In this document: in pieces, positions 9,124-17,486 of the stretch
Layout: every line of letters begins with the position of its first letter
How positions within the stretch are numbered: the first letter of the stretch is position 1
Source of the DNA: an uncultured Lachnospiraceae bacterium
GTDB lineage: Bacteria; Bacillota; Clostridia; Lachnospirales; Lachnospiraceae
Assembly (NCBI GenBank): GCA_947576945.1
Contig: CANPTH010000023.1
Span: 5,050 to 37,049, forward strand
DNA: 32,000 nt
Direction: 5' to 3'
The notes under the pieces: generated by a model
What the model was told of the DNA's origin: nothing
The model's database searches: none
What the model saw: the letters and a program-made list of their open reading frames with translations, nothing else
Program-made: the position numbers and the translations under genes

Positions 9124-11142
9124 CTAACAGATCTCGGCTCCGGCCGGCATAGGCCTCTCAGGTGTCATCAACGACAACTTACCGTCTGCATCCTCCGCGC
9201 ACAGCAGCATACCCTCGGACATCATCCCTGCGATCTCTCTCGGCTGTAAATTAACCAGCACCATAACCTTCTTGCCCACCATCTCGTCTGCGCTGTAATG
9301 TTGTTTGATGCCTGACAGGATCTGTTTTACTTCGGAACCCACCCGTACCTTAGAGCACAGCAGCTTCTTTGATTTGGGAACCTCCCTGCATTCCAGGATC
9401 TCGCCCACCTGGAACTGACACTGATCAAACACATCATAGGAGATCGTCGCTTTCGCTTCAAGATCGATTACATCCTCGGGCGCTTTTTCCGCTTCTTCTT
9501 CCTCGGTAACAGCTGACTTACGCGCAGCAAACATTGCCTCAGCCTTCTCGAGAACTTCTTTCAGATCCTGTCTGGCAAAAAGGATCTCCGGCGTCTCGGT
9601 AACACGATTATCGGCAGGATACAACGTGGACACTTTATCGACATCCTGATTCTTTGCACACTCTTCCAGCACTTCAAAGTCAATCAGACCTGTTTTGATC
9701 TGTGCGGAGATCTTCGCCGCCGTATCAGGCATATAGGGTTCCAAAAGAGAAGTTCCTACCAGAATACCATTCAACAGATTATAAAGTACGGTAGCCAGCC
9801 TGTCCTTCTTCGCCTCATCCTTAGCCAGAACCCAGGGCATTGTCTCATCAATATATTTATTACAGCGTTTGAACAGAACGAAGATTTCCGTAATAGCGTC
9901 AGCCACCCTCAGCTCATCCATCTTCTTTGCCACTCTGTTATAGGTGTCTGCCGCTGTACGGAACAAGTCTGCATCCACATCCTCCGCACCTTCATCAACA
10001 CCGACTTTCTTGTTAACCACCTGACCGCCAAAATACTTATTGCTCATGGAGATCGTCCTGTTTACCAGATTCCCCAGCGTATTGGCGAGATCTGAGTTCA
10101 TGCGCTCCACCATCAGGTCCCATGTGATCACACCGTCATTTTCAAAAGGCATCTCATGCAGAACAAAATATCGTACTGCATCCACACCAAAGAAATCGAT
10201 CAGATCATCCGCATAGATCACATTTCCCTTGGATTTACTCATCTTGCCGCCTCCCTGCAGCAGCCAGGGATGTCCGAATACCTGTTTCGGCAGCGGTTCG
10301 CCCAACGCCATCAGGAAGATCGGCCAGTAGATTGTATGGAAACGAATAATATCCTTACCGATCAGATGCAGATCCGCCGGCCATAATGTCTTGTATTGAT
10401 CGGTGCTTTCACCGTCTGTCTCAAAACCGATACCCGTGATATAGTTTGACAACGCATCCATCCATACATAGATCACATGCCTGTCATCAAAATCTACCGG
10501 TATTCCCCATTTGTAGGAAGTCCTGGATACGCACAAATCCTGCAGGCCCGGCAGAAGGAAATTATTCATCATCTCATTCTTACGGGATACCGGCTGAATA
10601 AATTCCGGATGTGTATTGATATGTTCAATCAGCTTATCCGCATATTTGCTCATCTTAAAGAAATATGCCTCTTCCTTCGCGGGCTTCACCTCTCCGCCGC
10701 AATCCGGACATTTGCCGTCCACCAGCTGCGATTCCGTCCAGAAAGACTCACAGGGAGTACAGTACATTCCCTCGTAATACCCTTTATAGATATCTCCCTG
10801 GTCATATAATTTCCGGAAGATTTTCTGCACCTGCTTCTCATGATAGTCATCCGTCGTACGAATGAACTTATCATAGGAGGTGTTCAGTGAATCGCAGATC
10901 CTGCGGATCTCTCCGGCCACATGATCTACGAATTGTTTCGGCGTCACATCCTGTTCCTGTGCCTTAAGCTCAATCTTCTGTCCATGCTCATCGGTTCCTG
11001 TCTGGAAGAACACTTCATAACCGTCTTTCCTTTTAAAGCGGGCGATACTGTCAGCCAGTACGATCTCATAACTGTTGCCAATATGCGGTATGCCGGAAGT
11101 ATAAGCGATCGCCGTTGTGATATAATACTTTCCCTTATTCAT
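9124..11142 (-). CDS. metG: Methionine--tRNA ligase with a C-terminal tRNA-binding (Trbp111/EMAP-like) domain
   Basis: Has the HIGH motif (PHIGNSYE), the KMSKS motif (GKMSKSKGN) and a Cys knuckle (CTPCESF..CPDCGG). The C-terminal LCSKVRVGSEVKQILSGIK is typical of the tRNA-binding domain. The start is ATG 11142 (MNKGKYYITTAIAYTSG), after AGAGGGATATC. The 30 extra codons in the ORF track cover the T-box terminator. Confidence 0.95.
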   Translation of the reverse strand: MNKGKYYITTAIAYTSGIPHIGNSYEIVLADSIARFKRKDGYEVFFQTGTDEHGQKIELKAQEQDVTPKQFVDHVAGEIRRICDSLNTSYDKFIRTTDDYHEKQVQKIFRKLYDQGDIYKGYYEGMYCTPCESFWTESQLVDGKCPDCGGEVKPAKEEAYFFKMSKYADKLIEHINTHPEFIQPVSRKNEMMNNFLLPGLQDLCVSRTSYKWGIPVDFDDRHVIYVWMDALSNYITGIGFETDGESTDQYKTLWPADLHLIGKDIIRFHTIYWPIFLMALGEPLPKQVFGHPWLLQGGGKMSKSKGNVIYADDLIDFFGVDAVRYFVLHEMPFENDGVITWDLMVERMNSDLANTLGNLVNRTISMSNKYFGGQVVNKKVGVDEGAEDVDADLFRTAADTYNRVAKKMDELRVADAITEIFVLFKRCNKYIDETMPWVLAKDEAKKDRLATVLYNLLNGILVGTSLLEPYMPDTAAKISAQIKTGLIDFEVLEECAKNQDVDKVSTLYPADNRVTETPEILFARQDLKEVLEKAEAMFAARKSAVTEEEEAEKAPEDVIDLEAKATISYDVFDQCQFQVGEILECREVPKSKKLLCSKVRVGSEVKQILSGIKQHYSADEMVGKKVMVLVNLQPREIAGMMSEGMLLCAEDADGKLSLMTPERPMPAGAEIC

Positions 11143-11235
11143 GATATCCCTCTTTTCTGTAAATATTATTTTGAATACTGATCCTTTAAAAATGCCGCAA
11201 AGCCGGCAGCCTTTCACAGGCATGTGTCCCATGAT

Positions 11236-11535
11236 ACAAAAACCGTCTTCTCATATTCACTATATCACAGACATAATGAAAATAAGAAGACGGATGTATA
11301 CCGTGTTACCACTTCTCTTCACCGGTTTCTCGCAAAACCGGCCTCTGCGAGTACTAACATACTCTGCCGCTGTAACAGGCGGAACCTGTTGCACCTTAAC
11401 ACCATCGGCTCAGGCACACTGCTCGGAAGCCATCTTCAATAGATTCGTCTCTTCATTCCTCTCAGCCTATGGAATGTTCTCTGGAAAGGATTCCTCTATC
11501 TACTCTCTTCGTCTTCGCTTTCTCTGATCCTATAT
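11236..11535 (-). promoter_or_regulatory. T-box leader (tRNA-sensing riboswitch) controlling metG
   Basis: The minus strand contains the T-box sequence AGAGAAGTGGTAACACGG (rc of 11301-11318). It overlaps a terminator with stem CCGTCTTCT/AGAAGACGG (11243-11251 with 11285-11293) followed by TTTTTG. Upstream are stem-I-like elements (AGAGAGTAG, CCAGAGA). An ATG triplet in TTGAAGATGGC is a candidate Met specifier, but that assignment is tentative. Confidence 0.8.
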
Positions 11536-11541
11536 GAGGGT

Positions 11542-11570
11542 AGATTATCACAAAAGGATTCTCTTGTCAA
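11542..11570 (-). promoter_or_regulatory. Promoter of the metG T-box leader
   Basis: The minus strand reads TTGACA (rc of 11565-11570), a 17-nt spacer, then TAATCT (rc of 11542-11547). It overlaps the stop of the upstream gene. Confidence 0.6.
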
Positions 11571-12808
11571 TTCCTGAACACCACGCCTGAAATTCTGACC
11601 GCTGCACTTACCTCCCTGTTATCTATGTCCTCATTTGACACATTTATGCTGCACCGATAAACGCCGGGCGCCTGTACCGTCAGATCCATCGCCGTACTCA
11701 AAACATTCCCTTCACCGTCAGTCCATATTATTCTGTCTTCATTCTGCCATGCAAGGTTCCCATATGCCTCTCCTTCTTCCAGCACCGCTTCCAACCTGAC
11801 AGCTCTGTCCGTGTAATCCGTATCCGTACCACGTATACACAGTCTTCCATATACTGCGTCCTCCAGTCCGCACACAAGCTCATGATGCCAGATAGTAGTC
11901 GAGACCTTTTTCGAGTAGGTACATTTTCCGGAAGATTCGTACACACCACTATGATATGGACAAGTATAAAACCCGCCGTGCCAGGAGCCGCCCTCCGGCT
12001 CCTCCGGGTTCGGATACCAGGTCGCCTCTGTCTTTATCAGTTCAGCGCCGCACTTTCTCGTCTCGGTCTTTGTTTCACTGGAATTCATATAGCATCCGGA
12101 AATTCCCTCCTGTTCTTCCTCGCTGCCTGTATGTACATGTCTGATTTCCACAGCCGACTCCTCCACCTCATACAGAGGATACAGAAATTCCGGCGCACGT
12201 CCTTCACTACCGTCTCGGATTCCTGCCTGATAAGCCTTATCGTTGTCAGCTCCATTCCCAAGCAGCAGTGTACCGTCCACCCATGCCGCCTTTCCACGCG
12301 AAATGTTATCCGCAGAAGCCGGCACATAATAATCCGTAAATTCCTCAATGCCTTCTATATGCACGGCAGCCTCCGGATGTAAGACGGAAAGTCCCTCCGG
12401 AATCTTCTGGGACTCAGCCGCAGCCTGCATGATCACTGCCCACCCAAACTGTGACGGATCTATATCCCCCTGTGCAGCATCCGGATTTCTGTCGAAAATC
12501 ACTCCGCCTTCCTGTTGTCTGAATTTTGTCCCTATCTGCTGTAAAACTCCTGCCGCCGCATTTTTCTTCTCTGCAATATGGGTCTGAATTGCCAGCAAAT
12601 CCGCTGCATCCATGACAGCCCGCTCACACTGAATGATTCCTCTGCTTGCGAGAAGATCTGACGCCCCAGCCGCAAATACAGTTTCTCCCTTTAGAATTCC
12701 TGACCCTGCCATAATCACAGACATCACTGCCGCAAATCCCAGGATACCTCTTTGTCTTATTTTCCGTCTATTTCTCACGATATCCGATCCACCTGCCTTC
12801 CTCATCAT
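11567..12808 (-). CDS. Secreted or membrane-anchored protein of unknown function. It is the long paralog: shared N-domain, then a Cys/His-rich module, then an Ig-like C-terminus.
   Basis: I prefer the start at ATG 12808 (MMRKAGG), after GAGGCGGTAT. A basic tail precedes a hydrophobic signal/anchor (GILGFAAVMSVIMAGSGIL..VFAAGA). The N-domain is collinear with the upstream 237-aa protein. The start is uncertain; the ORF track gives 12910. Confidence 0.6.
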   Translation of the reverse strand: MMRKAGGSDIVRNRRKIRQRGILGFAAVMSVIMAGSGILKGETVFAAGASDLLASRGIIQCERAVMDAADLLAIQTHIAEKKNAAAGVLQQIGTKFRQQEGGVIFDRNPDAAQGDIDPSQFGWAVIMQAAAESQKIPEGLSVLHPEAAVHIEGIEEFTDYYVPASADNISRGKAAWVDGTLLLGNGADNDKAYQAGIRDGSEGRAPEFLYPLYEVEESAVEIRHVHTGSEEEQEGISGCYMNSSETKTETRKCGAELIKTEATWYPNPEEPEGGSWHGGFYTCPYHSGVYESSGKCTYSKKVSTTIWHHELVCGLEDAVYGRLCIRGTDTDYTDRAVRLEAVLEEGEAYGNLAWQNEDRIIWTDGEGNVLSTAMDLTVQAPGVYRCSINVSNEDIDNREVSAAVRISGVVFRN

Positions 12809-13481
12809 ATACCGCCTCATAATTCGTACATCCGCTGCCTTCCAGCCACCCCCTGACATAATGTTCCATGAGATCTCTGTTGTTCCCCCGTGCCAGAATA
12901 CCGTCCGCAAATGCGGCCCGTCCCAGCGTCATATTATCTGCACATGCCAGAGTCCAATTCTCCTCATAGCCGGCCGGCAGCGTCTGTGATTCCGACAGTG
13001 CCTGCAAAAGAAGGTCAAAGCTGACCGCTCCCAGATCTGCCGCCGTCTCTAATCCTCCCATCGAGTTAACTGTCCCCGGTTCTCTCGTGTACTGATAATT
13101 CTGACCCTCCCTGATCAGTTTGGTTCCAACGCCGCCAAGTGCCTGGGCTAATCCCCGTTTGCCCTCAGCGGCATATTGAAAAAGCGCTTGCAGATCCTGG
13201 GCGTCCAAAATAACTTCCTGTCCCACGCTGTCCGTATAGCGGATTACGCCTCTGCTGTGAAACTGTACATCCTCTCCGACAGCTTCAGCCTGTATTCCCA
13301 GAAGCAGTACGCCTGCGCTGATTGCACCGATGCACAGCATGACAACCTTTCTTACATATCTGACAGATTTTACGGTGATGCGATTTCCTGTCAGCCTGTT
13401 TACTCTCGATTTCCTGATAACATCCCTGCGGATCTTTCTCCCCCACAGCATTCCTCTTTTACCGGTCGCTTTTTTCTTCAT
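12768..13481 (-). CDS. Secreted or membrane-anchored protein of unknown function (short paralog)
   Basis: It begins with an Arg/Lys-rich ~45-aa N-terminus and one hydrophobic segment (VVMLCIGAISAGVLLLGIQAEA). It shares motifs with the next gene: DAQDLQAL/DAADLLAI, GGVGTKL/QQIGTKF, ALSESQTLPAGY/AAAESQKIPEGL, and ADNMTLGRAAFADGILARGNNRD/ADNISRGKAAWVDGTLLLGNGADND. Confidence 0.6.
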   Translation of the reverse strand: MKKKATGKRGMLWGRKIRRDVIRKSRVNRLTGNRITVKSVRYVRKVVMLCIGAISAGVLLLGIQAEAVGEDVQFHSRGVIRYTDSVGQEVILDAQDLQALFQYAAEGKRGLAQALGGVGTKLIREGQNYQYTREPGTVNSMGGLETAADLGAVSFDLLLQALSESQTLPAGYEENWTLACADNMTLGRAAFADGILARGNNRDLMEHYVRGWLEGSGCTNYEAVYDEEGRWIGYREK

Positions 13482-13617
13482 ATGTATTCTTCCGTTCCTT
13501 TCTCATTCTATTCTGTTTTACATCTTATTCTTATTATTTTACCGTCTCACCATTCTGACCTGCCGCTTATTGTCACAAACATACCGGCGCTCACATTATC
13601 TGTAACGAAAAGCTCTC

Positions 13618-14559
13618 CTATTCTGTATACGGCTCCAGATAAAGCGTATTACTCTCCGCATCATAACGGTATTTCAAAATTTTCGAAGACAAACCCTGCA
13701 GCCGGTTTTCCACTGTCCCCAACTGATTCTCTACGGTCCCAAGTTGATTCTCCACAGTCCCCAGCTGATTTTCCACTGCGCCAAGCTGATTCTCTATCGA
13801 GCTTAGCTGATTCAGCAGAACATCCAATTGGTTATTGACTTCCGTCATATTCTTATCGACGGCATTCTTCAATGACTTCTTTACATCCTCTATGCCGGCC
13901 CAAAGCTTCACATCTTCCTGCTGCAATGCCACGATCTTCGTATACAAATTTGAGATATCCGTCTGTGCCTTCCCCATATCCTGGCGGATCTCCAGGATCT
14001 GCTGCTGAATCACAGGGATCGTTGTCTGATCCATGACCTGAACAATATCAATTAAATCATACAGCTTCGTCTCGGTCTTCTTAAGATTCTGCACGATGGA
14101 AGTAATCTCCGTATGAAGGGTTTCCATTTGTTTCAAAATCGATTGATCCCCTTCCTGATACTGTATGATTGTCTCCGATACATTCTTCTCGATCTGTGTC
14201 ATGGAACTCAATAGCTCTTCCACCTTCTCGTTCAGATATTCAATGCTCTCCAGATATTCCTGACGAAGCTGCTCCTGCCCGTCATTCTGAGCCATATATA
14301 TCTCCGCATCCTCTTCAAAAGTTTCCGCTACAAGTTGCTCGTCTTCTTCCAGCTCTTCCAAAGCTGTTTCCAGCTCAGCCGCTTCCTCCTTCTGCCTGCG
14401 TTCCCGAACCGTATAGCCCCATAACAACAGAAGCAGAAGAACAATAATCACCACCGCCACTGCCCCAATGATCACAACTGCCAGCTGACTCTCACGTCTT
14501 TCAGGATCGCTCCTCCTCTCGTTCAGATAATCTGAAATCTTAGCCATAAAGTCTTTCAT
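13618..14559 (-). CDS. Type-II membrane-anchored coiled-coil protein with a C-terminal heptad-repeat array
   Basis: I prefer the start at ATG 14559 (MKDFMAKISDY), after AGGAAAGGATGTTTTT. It has one TM (LAVVIIGAVAVVIIVLLLLLLWG), then ~250 aa of E/Q/L-rich heptad-like sequence ending in VNNQLDV-LLNQLSS-IENQLGA-VENQLGT x3-VENRLQG. Confidence 0.65.
   Translation of the reverse strand: MKDFMAKISDYLNERRSDPERRESQLAVVIIGAVAVVIIVLLLLLLWGYTVRERRQKEEAAELETALEELEEDEQLVAETFEEDAEIYMAQNDGQEQLRQEYLESIEYLNEKVEELLSSMTQIEKNVSETIIQYQEGDQSILKQMETLHTEITSIVQNLKKTETKLYDLIDIVQVMDQTTIPVIQQQILEIRQDMGKAQTDISNLYTKIVALQQEDVKLWAGIEDVKKSLKNAVDKNMTEVNNQLDVLLNQLSSIENQLGAVENQLGTVENQLGTVENQLGTVENRLQGLSSKILKYRYDAESNTLYLEPYTE
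13693..13839 (-). repeat. Seven in-frame 21-nt tandem units encoding xxNQLxx heptads
   Basis: The units fall at 13693-13713, 13714-13734, 13735-13755, 13756-13776, 13777-13797, 13798-13818 and 13819-13839. The three VENQLGT units use different codons: GTAGAGAATCAGTTGGGGACA, GTGGAGAATCAACTTGGGACC and GTGGAAAATCAGCTGGGGACT. Confidence 0.85.
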
Positions 14560-14751
14560 AAAAACATCCTTTCCTCTCAATAATTAGTTTATTTGACTCA
14601 ACATTTGGAAATCAGCGGCGATATGCCTCAGACCCGTGCCGCACGATACACGGAATAAAGTATACTTCAAAATGAATCCAAAGATTGTATAGATAAGATA
14701 ACAGAATGCATTCCCATTTACAATACCGGAATAATGCACAAATTTTTTGTC

Positions 14752-14794
14752 ATAAAAAAGTCAGGAAACACCTTTAATCCAGATGTATCCTGAC
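14752..14794 (-). terminator. Rho-independent terminator downstream of map
   Basis: The minus strand reads GTCAGGATACA-(13-nt loop)-TGTTTCCTGAC followed by TTTTTTAT. This is an 11-bp stem with one mismatch, 43 nt after the stop at 14837. Confidence 0.65.
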
Positions 14795-14836
14795 TTCAAC
14801 CCTCACAAACGAATTTCCGTACATATGCATATAACA

Positions 14837-15709
14837 CTAATATGTCAATATTTCGTATCCATCATCCGTCACTGCCACCGTTACTTCCCACTGCGCAGAC
14901 GGCTTTCCATCCTCCGTATATACGGTCCAGCCATCCTCATCATCAATATAGATATCTGCTTTACCCATATTCACCATCGGCTCTATCGTAAATACCATAC
15001 CCGGAACCATCAACATCTCCGTTCCTCTACTGGTCACATAGCTGACAAAAGGCTCCTCGTGGAATTCCAGGCCAACGCCATGGCCGCCGATCTCCCGAAC
15101 AATTGAATATCCGTTAGCCTGTGCATAATCATTGATCGCCTGCGCCATATCTCCCAGAAAATTCCAGGGTTTCACCTGTTCCAATCCCACATCAATACAC
15201 TCCCTTGCCACCTGCACCAGTTTTCTGGTCTCCGGCGGCACATCACCCAGCATAAACATCCGTGAAGAATCTGAGAAATATCCATTATAAATTGTAGAAA
15301 CATCCACATTAATAATATCACCGTCCTGCAGCAGCCTTGCAGGATCAGGGATTCCATGGCAAACCACCTCATTGATAGAAGTACACACGCTCTTAGGATA
15401 TCCTTCATAGCCCAGCGTCGCCGAGACTCCCCCCATCTGCTTTGTCATATCTGACACGATCCAATCTATCTCCTCTGTGCTCATACCGATATGGATTCTT
15501 CTTTCAATTTCATCCAGAATTGCAATATTCAGCTTACTGCTCTGCCTGATCCCCTCTATCTGCTCCGGCGATTTTATTATATCATGCCCTGGTACGATAT
15601 GTCTCTGCAGCGCATAGCGCTCAATCTTCTCATCAAAAGCCATGTGACACGACTTATACTTTCTGCCGCTCCCGCACCAGCAGTGGTCATTTCTTCCTAA
15701 TTTCTTCAT
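14837..15709 (-). CDS. map: Type I methionine aminopeptidase with an N-terminal SEC-C zinc-finger motif
   Basis: The start MKKLGRNDHCWCGSGRKYKSCH is a SEC-C motif. The body has MetAP-I metal-ligand contexts (DIINVDVS, DSSRMF, GHGVGLEFHEEP, FTIEPM, QWEVTV). I use the start at ATG 15709 rather than the track's 15754. Confidence 0.9.
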   Translation of the reverse strand: MKKLGRNDHCWCGSGRKYKSCHMAFDEKIERYALQRHIVPGHDIIKSPEQIEGIRQSSKLNIAILDEIERRIHIGMSTEEIDWIVSDMTKQMGGVSATLGYEGYPKSVCTSINEVVCHGIPDPARLLQDGDIINVDVSTIYNGYFSDSSRMFMLGDVPPETRKLVQVARECIDVGLEQVKPWNFLGDMAQAINDYAQANGYSIVREIGGHGVGLEFHEEPFVSYVTSRGTEMLMVPGMVFTIEPMVNMGKADIYIDDEDGWTVYTEDGKPSAQWEVTVAVTDDGYEILTY

Positions 15710-16020
15710 TATTCTCGTTGTTCCTTTCGACTGAACTGTGATGGAACACAGCATCTTAATACATACTACTCCCTGTCACACAGATTTTCAAGTTCTGATA
15801 TAAAAATAGTTAATTTAACGCATCATAATATAACAATTAATATATAATTTATTTTTCATTAAAAAACAGGCATTTTATATTCGTATTGTTTATTCAGATT
15901 TCCTTTATCATGAAATTATCTTAAAATTAAATACATATTTGTTTTTACAAAAGATAAATAGAAGACACAATATGCACCACATCAGTACCGACGTGTGCAT
16001 ACTGTGCACCGGAGAGAAGT

Positions 16021-16380
16021 ATGGGATTTGGTTCATTACTTGCAGAATTACGTAAAGAACGGGGTATTTTGCAAAAGGAAGTGGCATCCTGTCTGAATGT
16101 AACCGTTGCTACTATATCCAACTATGAAAAAGGCGTTCATACGCCCGACTTTGAAACTCTTGTCAAACTGGCAGATTTCTTTAATGTATCTACTGATTAC
16201 CTGCTGGAACGAACAGACTACAAAGCAGGCATCAACACTCTAAACGAACAGCTTTTCATCAATTATACCGTAAGCGATCTGTTGAATGCTATCATAAAGC
16301 TGGATCAAAGCAGTATGGAGTTATTGGTTGATTACTACGAATTGTTGTCATTGCGCAATTCTTCGAAACATATAATATAA
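16021..16380 (+). CDS. XRE-family helix-turn-helix transcriptional regulator (paralog a, 119 aa)
   Basis: The N-terminal HTH_3 pattern is LRKERGILQKEVASCLNVTVATISNYEKGVHTPDFETLVKLADFFNVSTDYLL. The RBS is GGAGAGAAGT before the ATG. Confidence 0.85.
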   Translation: MGFGSLLAELRKERGILQKEVASCLNVTVATISNYEKGVHTPDFETLVKLADFFNVSTDYLLERTDYKAGINTLNEQLFINYTVSDLLNAIIKLDQSSMELLVDYYELLSLRNSSKHII

Positions 16381-16675
16381 ACTTTTTTATTCTTTAGGCA
16401 GGGGTACCGGATTTCACTATAATTTCAGATACTCCTTTATTGTTGTGCATTCTATTTCAAATCTTACAACTTTTTGGATTTATAAATTAACGATTCGTTG
16501 ATTTAATTACATATTTTTCCATTTTTTATTCTTATAGTTTAACCATATTCCCATTATAATGAAATTATCCTAAAATCAGATAAAATAACATTTTACTACA
16601 AAAGACGAGCATAAGCGCCTTTCATGTGCAATCTGAGCATCCGGACTTGTGCTTGCTGTGTGCGGGAGAAGATTT

Positions 16676-17113
16676 ATGAAACTTGGAGAATTATTGGCAA
16701 GCCTGCGCAAAGAAAAGAATATTCTTCAGAAAGAAGTAGCAGCTTACCTGAATGTGACCGTAGCAACAATATCAAACTACGAGAAGGGAGTTCATTCACC
16801 TGACTACGAAACTCTTGTCAAACTGGCTGATTTCTTCGATGTATCCACAGATTATCTGTTACAACGCACAGATTACAGAGCAAGTATTACTCTATTGAAT
16901 AAACCGCTTGTACGTGATTTTACCGTAAGCGATCTGCTTAATACGGTTATGACGTTAGATCAGCGGAATCTGAAAGCTCTGTTGGATTACTATGAGCTTT
17001 TAACTCTGCGTAATACCATGCAGCGCATAAGAAATGGGGACGAACCCCTGGTAGATTTATTACAGGAACTTGAAGATCAAAGAAAACTTCTTCCTCTTCC
17101 TCTGGAATTTTGA
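16676..17113 (+). CDS. XRE-family helix-turn-helix transcriptional regulator (paralog b, 145 aa)
   Basis: About 70% identical by eye to paralog a over the first ~115 aa, with an extra acidic ~28-aa C-terminal tail. The start is ATG 16676 after GGGAGAAGATTT. The GTG start at 16649 in the track is less likely. Confidence 0.85.
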   Translation: MKLGELLASLRKEKNILQKEVAAYLNVTVATISNYEKGVHSPDYETLVKLADFFDVSTDYLLQRTDYRASITLLNKPLVRDFTVSDLLNTVMTLDQRNLKALLDYYELLTLRNTMQRIRNGDEPLVDLLQELEDQRKLLPLPLEF

Positions 17114-17486
17114 TGATTCTTTGCTGGATTAACCAGTTTAGAATGTGCTTGTGGTTTTAGGGAGCATAAGATTTGGATTGAACCGTTTTGTCGGATATGC
17201 GGCTTGAAGAGTTTTGATTTATTAGATTGCAGCGCGGGAAAAATGAATAATGCGAGAGGAGATTCAGGAAAGTCAGGAAAGAGTTAGGATTTAGGGGACG
17301 TGCTGAGAATTTATTGTTCTTGGTACTCCTCTTTTGTTGTATTGCGTAGAAATGTACGATTAAGCATTGAAAAACCGGGCATTGGGAATTGAAAATTAAA
17401 AATCGGAAATCAGAAACGGAGCCAGAAATGAACACAAAAACGGACGCGGATATAGAACCAGATATGGTTGCGAAAACGGACGCGGA

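Noticed and set aside
11143-11232. A 30-codon N-terminal extension of the metG ORF (MGHMPVKGCRLCGIFKG…).
   Set aside because: It overlaps the T-box terminator and 3' leader. A good RBS precedes the internal ATG at 11142, from which the canonical MetRS N-terminus starts.
13693-13839. The 21-nt tandem repeat as a slipped-strand, phase-variable or contingency locus.
   Set aside because: The units are in frame (multiples of 3) and differ at wobble positions. Slippage-driven on/off switching is therefore not supported; at most there could be length polymorphism.
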